Shown one piece after another: positions 1 through 7,974 of a stretch of 32,000 nt of DNA. This stretch comes from Caldivirga maquilingensis IC-167. GTDB lineage: Archaea > Thermoproteota > Thermoprotei > Thermoproteales > Thermocladiaceae. The position numbers and the translations under genes are program-made. Every line of letters starts with the position of its first letter. Position 1 is the stretch's first letter. The stretch is from NCBI RefSeq assembly GCF_000018305.1, contig NC_009954.1, positions 1,920,001 to 1,952,000 on the forward strand, given 5' to 3'. The notes under the pieces were generated by a model. The model saw only the letters and a list, made by a program, of their open reading frames with translations. It was not told the origin of the DNA and did no database searches.

Positions 1-116
1 GAGTCTGGGTGGGTCCACCCCACCTATGGCCGGGTTATGGGGCAGTTACCTCAGTTGCATAGGGGCTTTTAAGCATTACTAATCATTACTCCTTAACTGG
101 TTAAGGTGCAGAAATG

Positions 117-124
117 CTTTTATA
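117..124 (+). promoter_or_regulatory. TATA-box-like element upstream of uS14
   Basis: CTTTTATA is centred about 26 nt upstream of GTG147. This spacing fits an archaeal leaderless transcript. Confidence 0.45.
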
Positions 125-146
125 GCGTCTTCAACACCAGTTTTCC

Positions 147-311
147 GTGGGTAAGATTAAGCCTAGTAGGACTAGGGAGTTTGGTAAGGGTTCCCTTAGG
201 TGCGTTAGGTGTGGTACTCATGAGGCTGTAATAAGGAGGTATGGATTAATGCTGTGTAGAAGATGCTTTAGGGAAGTGGCGCCTCAGCTTGGATTCAAGA
301 AATACTATTGA
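147..311 (+). CDS. rps14: 30S ribosomal protein uS14 (short zinc-knuckle archaeal type)
   Basis: Absent from the supplied ORF track because it has only 54 codons. My translation from GTG147 is [54 protein letters not shown]. It has the CxxC...CxxC knuckle and the length typical of archaeal S14. Confidence 0.85.
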   Translation: MGKIKPSRTREFGKGSLRCVRCGTHEAVIRRYGLMLCRRCFREVAPQLGFKKYY

Positions 312-319
312 GACTGTTA

Positions 320-1189
320 TTAAATCGTTAATACTAATGGAACAATTATGGGAACCAGTATTGTAAGCAGTAGGCCGTTTGATATTGAGGCCACGGAATA
401 CTCATTACCTAGGACTGACACGTAGACTGGTAACGTATCATCCATTGATGTCGCCCCACCAATGCTTATCAAGGCCTGTGGACTACCTGGTATGAAGGGA
501 ACTAGGATGAAGGTTAATTGCTCCCTAAGGAAGTTGGATAGGAAGGCTAGTAAACCGTAATACGGTCCCGCGTATAACGCAACCATGGGTCCAGTGAACG
601 TGTACCAACCCATGCCTAGGGCTATTGCTAAGGATACGTTTAACCTAATGTTGAAGACATAAGATAATATTAAACCTGAGGCTAAGCCACCTAGGAGGGC
701 ACTCACCCCAGCCTGCATCCCAATCCTTCCCCCAGCCATGAGTGATTTAACATTCATTACTCTACTTGAGGATAAGCCAATGACCCCAGCTAAGGCTATT
801 AACTCAGCTTCAATAATGTTACCTATGCCTGTAACATGGAGGAGTAAGCCCGTTAACCAACCAATCACTAGGGTAATTATGAATATTAACGGTGTCCTAT
901 TCATGAGTCTTAATGAACCATTACGCCGCCTCTCCCCTATCATAATCCCTACGGCGTATGATAATGCCACTGTTAATAGTGAGTAGATTAACGAGTATGC
1001 TACCAGGGAACCAGCCTTACTAATACTTGTTAATTGCTCACCGCCCCATAGGCTTATCGTGAATATTAATGCCACAACAATGGGTATTACCGCTTTATCC
1101 GAGGCCTCACTAATGGATACTGGGGTTAACTTACCAATCGCAATTGATACTGCAAACACTACTATGAATATGAACCCGGCAACATACAT
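320..1189 (-). CDS. LysO/YbjE-family (DUF340) membrane exporter
   Basis: 289-aa polytopic membrane protein. The C-terminal half carries GWYxFTG, FLxNFLREQL, GGATSMDDTLPV and LLTILVPI, which parallel the E. coli LysO motifs as I recall them. Confidence 0.75.
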   Translation of the reverse strand: MYVAGFIFIVVFAVSIAIGKLTPVSISEASDKAVIPIVVALIFTISLWGGEQLTSISKAGSLVAYSLIYSLLTVALSYAVGIMIGERRRNGSLRLMNRTPLIFIITLVIGWLTGLLLHVTGIGNIIEAELIALAGVIGLSSSRVMNVKSLMAGGRIGMQAGVSALLGGLASGLILSYVFNIRLNVSLAIALGMGWYTFTGPMVALYAGPYYGLLAFLSNFLREQLTFILVPFIPGSPQALISIGGATSMDDTLPVYVSVLGNEYSVASISNGLLLTILVPIIVPLVLTI

Positions 1190-1375
1190 TGAAGCCTAGT
1201 TAGGTAAGTCCCTTTATAAACTGTACCTAACATAAGCTTGGTCACTTAAGTAAGGGTTTAATGATCCATTAACAAAAATTAATCTAAATTCACAATCCCT
1301 GTGGGCAGTATGTGAAACAAGCCTTAAAGCTCACTCATAATGAGTAATGAGGGTGTCTTAAGCTTAAAACGATAC

Positions 1376-1384
1376 TTATATTTA
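1376..1384 (+). promoter_or_regulatory. TATA-box-like element upstream of the membrane AAA ATPase gene
   Basis: TTATATTTA is centred about 26 nt upstream of GTG1406. This supports the GTG start and a leaderless mRNA. Confidence 0.4.
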
Positions 1385-1405
1385 CTATCCCCATGATTAA
1401 CCCAG

Positions 1406-3109
1406 GTGGCGATACAGGATACTAAGCCAAGTAGCCTTAGTAGGGTGATAGCTGCACTAGGTGGCTTACTCGTCTCCCTGATTGCATTAGCTCCATTCGC
1501 ATCATTCACCATGCTAACAATCACTAATCACGGCTTCATGCTGCTAATGCTAGTAATACTGGGTGGCCTTATTGCAATCAGCGCCGTGGGTAGGCTTAAC
1601 CAAGCCTCAATCCTAGGTCTACTGGCGTACGTAATGGCGTTACTGTTGGCCTCATGGTCATGGTTCTACAGGGACCCCGTTGGCTCAATGCTTAGGTTAA
1701 CCCCCCTACTCATAATACCAGTGGTGATAATAGGTGTCCAGGTTAAGTTATTTAACTCATCGTCAAGCCAGGGGGTAAGCCCATTATTCTCAATAGGTTC
1801 ACTGCTACTTATGTATCAGCCATGGCCAGGTCCATTAATTGGGGCTGCATGGGGTTTAGCAGGAGGGATTACGTCGGCTTATGAGGCCTTCTCAATGCCA
1901 ACCCTACCAGCCTTAACGTATATTGTAACCTACTTGATCGGCAGTATGATGCAGGGTACATTACCGTGGAACCCAATATCACTAACCCCCCTAAGCTTTT
2001 ACAGGGTTTTCGTTAATAATATTGCAGTGTACAGTAATCCAGCAGTGTTATCCTTAGTTATTGTGATGGCTGTGGTTTACGTTGCTTCACCATCAATAGC
2101 CAGGTTAATTAAGGGGCATGCATCACCAATATTAGCCTCACTACTGGCTTCGGTTGCATCAATAATACCCATGCTGACGTATGATCAATCACCAATCCTC
2201 CTAATCACGCAAACAGTAGCTATACTACTCATCGCCGCGCTACCAGCATCCTATGCCGGTGTCTGGTACGTGAATAGTACTGACGTATTACCAATGCTGT
2301 ACGGTAGCATAGCGGATATACCCGATAGGTATAATTTAATGAAGTACTACCATGAGGATTGGGAGGCTTTAATAGGCTTGGATTCAGCTAAGAGGGAGTT
2401 AATTATTGCCGCTGAGAGTTTTAGGAGTAATGGTGTCAGGCCTATTCACGGTATCCTACTCTATGGCCCAGCGGGCACGGGTAAGACTGCTCTTGGTCTT
2501 GGTTACGCCGCCTGGCTTGGCTTATACAGGGGTTTTAGGGTTATTTTAGTTAAGTCCGGTCGCCTAATGAGGGGTGGTTCATGGGAGGCTGCCTGGAGGC
2601 TTGAGAGGGTTTTCGCACTGGCTAGGGCTCTTCAACCAAGCGTAATCTACATTGATGAGGTTGACTCAATAGGTAGGGCTAGGGAGGAGGCTGGTACTGG
2701 TGGGTATAGGTTGGTTAGCGTACTCCTCCAGAATATTGATGGAGTGGCCTCAAGGTACGATAAGGTGCTTGTAGTGGCTACGACGAATAACGTTAATGCA
2801 CTTGATGAAGCCTTAATCAGGCCGGGGAGGCTGGGGGACTTGAAGATATACGTGGCTAAGCCACCGCCTGAGTTGGTTAAGGCAATAATAATGGGTGTAG
2901 CCAGGCAGAGGGGGGTTATTATGCCTAATTGGCTCCTCGAGAAGGCAGGCAGCCTAATTGAAACAGGGGCCGAGGCGGAGGCGCTTGTGAACTGTATTGC
3001 AGTTAAGCAACTAGCCGGTGTTAATGATGCAACGCAGCTTGAAGCCTGCCTGGCAGGGATAACGAAGGGAATAGAGGCTTATGACCAATTCCCCACTGGG
3101 AGTGGGTAA
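1406..3109 (+). CDS. Polytopic membrane domain fused to a classic-clade AAA+ ATPase
   Basis: Residues 1 to ~290 contain about 9-10 hydrophobic helices. The C-terminal part has Walker A GPAGTGKT, Walker B VIYIDEVD, sensor-1 ATTN and an SRH-like ALDEALIRPGRLGD. Confidence 0.85.
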   Translation: MAIQDTKPSSLSRVIAALGGLLVSLIALAPFASFTMLTITNHGFMLLMLVILGGLIAISAVGRLNQASILGLLAYVMALLLASWSWFYRDPVGSMLRLTPLLIIPVVIIGVQVKLFNSSSSQGVSPLFSIGSLLLMYQPWPGPLIGAAWGLAGGITSAYEAFSMPTLPALTYIVTYLIGSMMQGTLPWNPISLTPLSFYRVFVNNIAVYSNPAVLSLVIVMAVVYVASPSIARLIKGHASPILASLLASVASIIPMLTYDQSPILLITQTVAILLIAALPASYAGVWYVNSTDVLPMLYGSIADIPDRYNLMKYYHEDWEALIGLDSAKRELIIAAESFRSNGVRPIHGILLYGPAGTGKTALGLGYAAWLGLYRGFRVILVKSGRLMRGGSWEAAWRLERVFALARALQPSVIYIDEVDSIGRAREEAGTGGYRLVSVLLQNIDGVASRYDKVLVVATTNNVNALDEALIRPGRLGDLKIYVAKPPPELVKAIIMGVARQRGVIMPNWLLEKAGSLIETGAEAEALVNCIAVKQLAGVNDATQLEACLAGITKGIEAYDQFPTGSG

Positions 3110-3168
3110 TGAGTGGTGATTATGCTTAAATTTATCTTTGTATTAAAGTATTTAAGCCATAGGGGTGC

Positions 3169-3789
3169 ATGGGTGTTGTGGTTAGTAGGAGGTTGATGTT
3201 TAAGGTTAGGAGTACTGATGAGGCTGTTAGATTCATTAATACTTACTTAAGTGAGGTTAAGGCTAAGGAGGTTTACGTTAAGTATAGGGGTAGTAGGCTT
3301 GAGGTTAAGGTTAGGGGGAACCCGGTTCTTGCTAAGGTTTTATCAACGGAGGCTCATAAGGTTTACGGAACCTTGAGGCAAGGTAGGTTGATTAATGTAT
3401 TTGACTTAACAGTAATTATTCGTGAGGCTAAGCCTAAATCACCCATACCGCCTGAGACCATTGAGTTAACCCTTAGATTAATGGGGTATTACGCTGAGTT
3501 GAATGAGTCAAGGCTACGCACTGGTGCAAGCCTCAGTAAGGTTATTGAAACTGTGAGGAGGCTTTCAGAGGCTTACGCAGCAATGGTGGACTTAGACATT
3601 AGTAGTAGCGCTAAGAGGATTATAGCGTCCCTAGCCGTTGCCAAGGGGGTAAGTATCTATGATGCAATTGATGAGTTAGTGAACATGGATGTGCTTAATA
3701 AAGGGAAGGTGAATGGGAGGGAGTACATTACCCTTAAGGCTAATCTTAATGATATAGTTAACATGTTAACATCAATGAAGAAGCATTAA
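3169..3789 (+). CDS. Hypothetical protein (206 aa)
   Basis: Clean ORF with typical codon usage and no competing frame. I recognise no motif. The start could also be M10 at 3196. Confidence 0.6.
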   Translation: MGVVVSRRLMFKVRSTDEAVRFINTYLSEVKAKEVYVKYRGSRLEVKVRGNPVLAKVLSTEAHKVYGTLRQGRLINVFDLTVIIREAKPKSPIPPETIELTLRLMGYYAELNESRLRTGASLSKVIETVRRLSEAYAAMVDLDISSSAKRIIASLAVAKGVSIYDAIDELVNMDVLNKGKVNGREYITLKANLNDIVNMLTSMKKH

Positions 3790-3820
3790 GTGAGCTTAAG
3801 GGTTTCATTAACTGTGAAAG

Positions 3821-3828
3821 TTTTTAAA
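3821..3828 (+). promoter_or_regulatory. TATA box upstream of L7Ae
   Basis: TTTTTAAA is centred about 27 nt upstream of ATG3852. It argues for ATG3852 over the track's GTG3831. Confidence 0.5.
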
Positions 3829-3851
3829 GGGTGCAGCACCGCATATGGTGT

Positions 3852-4346
3852 ATGAGTACAATAGACCCGAGGGTCTTTTACGCCAATCCACCTCAGGGGA
3901 AGCCAATATACGTTAGGTTTGCTGTCCCCCAGGAGTTAGCTGAAATGACGTATAATGTGGTGAGCATGGCTAAGCAGACTGGGGTAGTTAAGAGGGGTTC
4001 CAATGAGACAACCAAGATGATTGAGAGGGGTTTAGCTAAACTAGTGGTTATCGCTGAGGATGTTGATCCACCGGAAATAGTAATGCACCTACCATTACTA
4101 TGCGAGGAAAAGGGCATACCGTACATTTACGTACCCAGTAAGGAGAGGTTAGGTAAGGCAGTTGGCTTATCATCATACGCCTCAGCAGTCACCATAGTTG
4201 ACCCAGGTCAAGCAACCAAGGACCTTGAGGACCTGGTGACTAAGCTAAATGACGTTAGGGTTAGCGCTGGCTTAAACCCAATACAATTACCGAGGACTCA
4301 ACCACAGGCTAAGCCGCAGCAAAGGGAGAGGAGGGAGAGGGAGTGA
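3852..4346 (+). CDS. rpl7ae: 50S ribosomal protein L7Ae (K-turn binding; C/D and H/ACA sRNP component)
   Basis: VRFAVPQELAE...VKRGSNETTKMIERGLAKLVVIAEDVDPPEIVMHLPLLCEEKGIPYIYVPSKERLG is near-identical to the conserved archaeal L7Ae core. It carries a ~23-aa Q/R/E-rich C-terminal tail. I moved the start to ATG3852 on promoter spacing. Confidence 0.93.
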   Translation: MSTIDPRVFYANPPQGKPIYVRFAVPQELAEMTYNVVSMAKQTGVVKRGSNETTKMIERGLAKLVVIAEDVDPPEIVMHLPLLCEEKGIPYIYVPSKERLGKAVGLSSYASAVTIVDPGQATKDLEDLVTKLNDVRVSAGLNPIQLPRTQPQAKPQQRERRERE

Positions 4347-4351
4347 TTTAA

Positions 4352-4594
4352 ATGGCCGGTGAGGGTGGTGAAATTAAGTTAAGCCCATACGATGACGCCA
4401 CAGCTGCAGTGGTGGTTCAGATACTGGGTAGGACTGGGGTGGCTGGTGAGGTTAATATTGTTAGGGTTAGGATACTTGAAGGTAGGGATAAGGGGAGGAT
4501 AATAACAAGGAACATTAAGGGCCCCGTGAGGGTCGGGGACATATTAATGCTTAGGGAGACTGAACGTGAAGCAAGAAAGATAACAGTGAAGTAA
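4352..4594 (+). CDS. rps28e: 30S ribosomal protein S28e
   Basis: [57 protein letters not shown] matches the conserved S28e sequence. The gene starts 5 nt after L7Ae, the conserved archaeal L7Ae-S28e pairing. Confidence 0.93.
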   Translation: MAGEGGEIKLSPYDDATAAVVVQILGRTGVAGEVNIVRVRILEGRDKGRIITRNIKGPVRVGDILMLRETEREARKITVK

Positions 4595-4732
4595 AAATAT
4601 AATCAAATCAATCCCTAATAAAAGCCAGTTTCCTCCAAAATTAACCCAATAATATAGCAAGGTAACCTCAACGTTGAACCATCTAACCTGTTAGAATAAG
4701 ACTTATTACTATCCATAGCATAATCGGAGCTG

Positions 4733-7198
4733 ATGAGTAACTATATACTTAAGGAGAAAGGTTATGTAACAGTAATACTACTGGTAACAGTAGTAATCTT
4801 AACTCTGAGCGCCTTAAAAGTAGCCTACGCTCAACAATCCTACCCAACTTATAATATGTATATGGCTGCTCCATGGTACTATGTCCTGCTTCCTCCTTGG
4901 CCTGCTCCTTGGTGGAATCCCTTTGCCTCAGGTAATGTGATATTCCAAACTGGTACATGGATGCCTCTTGCCGATTATAATGATCCCACTGGTCAGTGGT
5001 GGCCTGTTTTGGCTGAGAATTGGACTGTGTTTCCTCAGAATCAGACCTTGATAATCTACCTTAGGCATAACTTGTATTGGTTTAATGGTTCAGCGGTAAT
5101 ACCCTTCACCGCATGGGATGTTTACGCATGGTTCTACATTAGTGATAAGGCCTTTGGTGAATGGGAGCCTTGGTTAATGCCTCAGAATGCTGATAAGGAC
5201 TTCATAATCATAAACAACTACACAATATCCATACACTTCGACTACTGGTCAACCACAGGGTATTACTGGTTACTAATGAGCTGGATACCTAATACACCAT
5301 GGCCAGTTTGGGAGAGCGTAGTAAACGAGTTGAAGACAATGAATGTAACAGAGGCGCAGAAATTTGGGTCAGTTAACATAACAAAGATGGCTATACCATA
5401 CTGGGGTTTAAGCCCATACTACGTAACCAAGGCTACACCAAACTATATCACTGTTCAGCTTGAGCCTGATTACTTCCAGGGTAAGCCATTGTTGGCTGAG
5501 TGGGATAAGATACTACCATTCCACACATGGCAATACTATCCGCAGATAACAATAAACATAGCCGTATCAGGTGGATTAACTCAATTAGTATCATATGCGT
5601 TAAGTGGCCAACCATACTTCATACATACCGTTGAGGCTATGCCCTATTCATTCCAGAGTAAGTTGAAGAGTGCAGGCTACTACATACTTCAGCTACCTGA
5701 CTTATCCATTGAGGGAATAGCATTACCAACATATTACCCGTTTAATATTCCTCAGGTTAGGCAAGCATTCCTATACATCATTAATAGAACTGCTGCAGCT
5801 GCACCATGGTCATGGCCTAATGTACCAGTCTTCATTAATGTTCCAGCCCCAGCACCTAATACCGTGCCTGGCTTTTGGTTGACGTTCCCAGCGGATATTA
5901 GGAGTATGGTTGTTAACTTCACTGAACCAAACTTAACCAAGGCAATGCAACTCCTAGAGTCAGCTGGCTTAATTTATAAGAGTGGTCAATGGTACCTACC
6001 CAATGGAACACCACTAACACTAACAATATACGCTAGCTCCACAGCTCACCCAGCATGGATTGAAGCTGCGTCAATTGATGCTGAGGCTTTAACAGGATTC
6101 GGTATAAAGACCACTGTAGTCACCATAGAGGGTAGTACTTATAGTTCTGAGCTTGATAGTTGCCAATTACCAGATACTGGCACTGACTGGTTCTTCGCCG
6201 GTTCTAATAAGGGTGGTGTTAATGAATTATGGATATACTATGATGACGCACTTTACACGGCACCAGGCCTTTTCCCATCCTACTGTGTCCCTGGCCACAC
6301 TACGCCTTTCGCCTACCCGATTGTTCAGAGTAATCAGATTACCGGCTGGTATTGTAAACCATTAACCACCAACCTGCCTATACCGAATAACACCATTGTA
6401 ACATGCGTAAACTCAACATACGGATACATTAACTTGAGTAATTGGTTAGCTGCAATAGCCGCAGCTGCACCAGGCACATCAACATACTATGAGTTAGTTA
6501 AGGCATTCTACGCATGGTTCCAATACTGGGTACCTGGAGTGGAGCAGTTCCAGTCTCTAATAGCTTACGCATTCCCGGAGAAGATGGTTGATCCAGAGTG
6601 GGTTGTGACATGTATTAATTATAGTAATCCTGAGTACACTGAGGCAGCATATTCGCTGCTTCATGATTGGGCTATGGGTTGGGGTTGGGATGGATTCTAC
6701 CCAGGCTTCAACACATGGCTATTCATGGGTGGATTCGCACCTCAAGGCGTGATGCCTCCTTTGGCTGAGGCTATTATTAATGGTAGTCTTTGGACTAATC
6801 CGTATCTGCATCAGTGGGCTGTCTTAATAGGCTTACCTAATCCTGATCCTCAGTTGCAGGCTTGTGTTGCATCATACTTCCACACAACATACACACCGGT
6901 AACAACCACTACTTCAACCACAACCACTACTACAACAACCACTACACCGGTGACTACTTCAACTACTACTTCAACAACAACTAGTACCGTCACCTCAACA
7001 ACCACTGCCGTTGCTACTGTTACAAGCACAGTAACCAGTACAGCCGTAAGCACTGTAACATCAACAGCAACCACAACAGCAGTATCAACCGTAACCGTGA
7101 CTAAACCAGTAGTATCAACAGCATTAATAGCAGGAATAGTAATAATAGTAATCGTAATAGCAGCAGTAGCAGCAATAATAACATTAAGAAGAAGATAA
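4733..7198 (+). CDS. Extracellular solute-binding protein (family 5, oligo/dipeptide-type) with Thr-rich stalk and C-terminal membrane anchor
   Basis: Sec-type signal peptide ending VAYA|QQ. LRHNLYWFNGSAVIPFTAWDV resembles the family-5 SBP signature (LRxxVxWxDGxPxTAxDV). Many N-x-S/T sequons are present. A ~70-residue T/S/V linker is followed by a TM helix and RRR. Confidence 0.65.
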   Translation: MSNYILKEKGYVTVILLVTVVILTLSALKVAYAQQSYPTYNMYMAAPWYYVLLPPWPAPWWNPFASGNVIFQTGTWMPLADYNDPTGQWWPVLAENWTVFPQNQTLIIYLRHNLYWFNGSAVIPFTAWDVYAWFYISDKAFGEWEPWLMPQNADKDFIIINNYTISIHFDYWSTTGYYWLLMSWIPNTPWPVWESVVNELKTMNVTEAQKFGSVNITKMAIPYWGLSPYYVTKATPNYITVQLEPDYFQGKPLLAEWDKILPFHTWQYYPQITINIAVSGGLTQLVSYALSGQPYFIHTVEAMPYSFQSKLKSAGYYILQLPDLSIEGIALPTYYPFNIPQVRQAFLYIINRTAAAAPWSWPNVPVFINVPAPAPNTVPGFWLTFPADIRSMVVNFTEPNLTKAMQLLESAGLIYKSGQWYLPNGTPLTLTIYASSTAHPAWIEAASIDAEALTGFGIKTTVVTIEGSTYSSELDSCQLPDTGTDWFFAGSNKGGVNELWIYYDDALYTAPGLFPSYCVPGHTTPFAYPIVQSNQITGWYCKPLTTNLPIPNNTIVTCVNSTYGYINLSNWLAAIAAAAPGTSTYYELVKAFYAWFQYWVPGVEQFQSLIAYAFPEKMVDPEWVVTCINYSNPEYTEAAYSLLHDWAMGWGWDGFYPGFNTWLFMGGFAPQGVMPPLAEAIINGSLWTNPYLHQWAVLIGLPNPDPQLQACVASYFHTTYTPVTTTTSTTTTTTTTTTPVTTSTTTSTTTSTVTSTTTAVATVTSTVTSTAVSTVTSTATTTAVSTVTVTKPVVSTALIAGIVIIVIVIAAVAAIITLRRR
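6884..7104 (+). repeat. Low-complexity Thr/Ser/Val codon tract (stalk linker inside the SBP gene)
   Basis: Runs of ACA/ACC/ACT/TCA/GTA codons encode TTYTPVTTTTSTTTTTTTTTTPVTTSTTTSTTTSTVTSTTTAVATV... The tract creates the spurious antisense ORF 6850..7227. Confidence 0.9.
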
Positions 7199-7226
7199 GG
7201 CAAATAAAAATCTAAAATCAATTTCA

Positions 7227-7250
7227 ATTTTATTTTTATTAAAAATAATA
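7227..7250. terminator. Bidirectional T-tract terminator region
   Basis: The plus strand reads ATTTTATTTTTATT just after the SBP stop. The minus strand reads TTATTTTTAA about 20 nt downstream of the candidate sRNA D box. Archaeal termination uses oligo-T tracts. Confidence 0.4.
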
Positions 7251-7266
7251 ACGTAGATTATTAGTT

Positions 7267-7317
7267 TCAGCCTGGTTTAGACTAATCACTGTGTTCATTC
7301 CTACCACGCCTCATCAT
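7267..7317 (-). ncRNA. Candidate C/D-box sRNA (2'-O-methylation guide)
   Basis: Minus strand reads AUGAUGA(C)-GGCGUGGUAGGA-AUGA(D')-ACACA-GUGAUUA(C')-GUCUAAACCAGG-CUGA(D). Both spacers are exactly 12 nt. C and D are perfect; C' and D' each have one mismatch. The element is intergenic, has a TATA-like TTTTTAT (plus 7340-7346) about 24 nt upstream, and a T-tract downstream. Confidence 0.55.
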
Positions 7318-7556
7318 TAGTTTCACTGTTTGTATAGGGATAAAAAGGTTATTCCTTAGGTTGGGACTTAGTATGTTCAGTTACAGTTAATCTGTATTCC
7401 TTCCTGCTATGGGGTGAAGAGGATCCGATGGGTGAATCCTCATACTGAGAGTCATAAAATTGCATATAAGGAATGGTAACCTGATTTAGATTAAGTGTGT
7501 TATTGGAAAACACTTAAATAATCTGATTGAGTAACCCTAGTGAGTAGGGGGTTGGC

Positions 7557-7880
7557 GTGAAGATTACTGTTTCAGGAACCCCGACTGTAAAGGTTCAGTA
7601 TTGTATTGGGGCGAGTTGTCAATACTTTATTTGTGTTAAGAAGGCTTTAAAGTTCATTAAGGGTAAGGCAATCTGTGGCTTAACTAATGATCCTTGTATT
7701 GGCTATAAGTGTCAGTATGCATCATGTGGTGCGCATGCTATGGCGCCGAATGGTGAATGCACGTTAAATCAGAGGGATAGGAATGTTAGGGAGTTGACTG
7801 ATGAGGCTAAGAGAATGGAGAAGGATGTGTCTAAGATTAAGAGTCACTTAAAGAAGCTTGGTCTTGATGATTACCTGTGA
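7557..7880 (+). CDS. Small Cys-rich protein with C-terminal helical tail (function unknown)
   Basis: 107 aa from a GTG start preceded by AGGGGGT. Nine Cys lie in the first ~70 residues (CIGASCQYFIC...CGLTNDPCIGYKCQYASCGAH...C). A charged helical tail follows (ELTDEAKRMEKDVSKIKSHLKKL). Confidence 0.6.
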   Translation: MKITVSGTPTVKVQYCIGASCQYFICVKKALKFIKGKAICGLTNDPCIGYKCQYASCGAHAMAPNGECTLNQRDRNVRELTDEAKRMEKDVSKIKSHLKKLGLDDYL

Positions 7881-7974
7881 TTAAGCTTATGTACTAAAAT
7901 TAAATTAAAGGCTTCATGCAGTATTCAATTCCTATGAAATACATTTAATAATTCAGTGTCTAGCTGCCTATTGA

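Noticed and set aside
1-72. GC-rich (~60%) left-edge fragment with a 6-bp GC hairpin (GGTGGG-TCCAC-CCCACC, positions 8-24). It could be the 3' end of a structured RNA or the C-terminus of a plus-strand CDS; frame 1 ends at TAA 70-72.
   Set aside because: All three plus frames are open and the fragment is too short. It matches no tRNA, 5S or SRP end that I can recognise, and it does not look like the L5 C-terminus expected upstream of S14. It cannot be called either way.
4733-4840. Possibility that the SBP N-terminus (MSNYILKEKG|YVTVILLV...) is a class III signal like those of Sulfolobus sugar-binding proteins. That would link it to the pilin-like operon as a bindosome component.
   Set aside because: The hydrophobic region is followed by a textbook signal peptidase I site (VAYA|QQ). 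The protein also has a C-terminal TM anchor, the hallmark of the Sec-dependent oligopeptide-type class. The gene lies 20 kb from the pilin-like genes.
6850-7227. A 125-aa Val-rich antisense ORF opposite the Thr-rich stalk of the SBP gene.
   Set aside because: It is the mirror image of ACN/GTN low-complexity codons, and the sense strand has clear SBP features. The same shadow-ORF logic applies to 738..986, 3893..4126, 8733..9062, 9320..9649, 10325..10963, 16686..16886, 17647..17949, 19302..19604, 20433..20753, 21442..21846, 24825..25124, 25316..25534, 26820..27020, 27231..27416 and 30014..30286. All lie opposite or inside genes with recognisable products.
7395-7450. A C/D-like pattern on the plus strand (AUGGGGUGA ... 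GAUGGGUGA-AUCCUCAUA-CUGA), plus a GAGGAT/ATCCTC 6-bp hairpin.
   Set aside because: The putative C and C' boxes deviate at the positions needed for the K-turn: UGGGUGA instead of UGAUGA. The spacers are 9 nt and no D' box is present.
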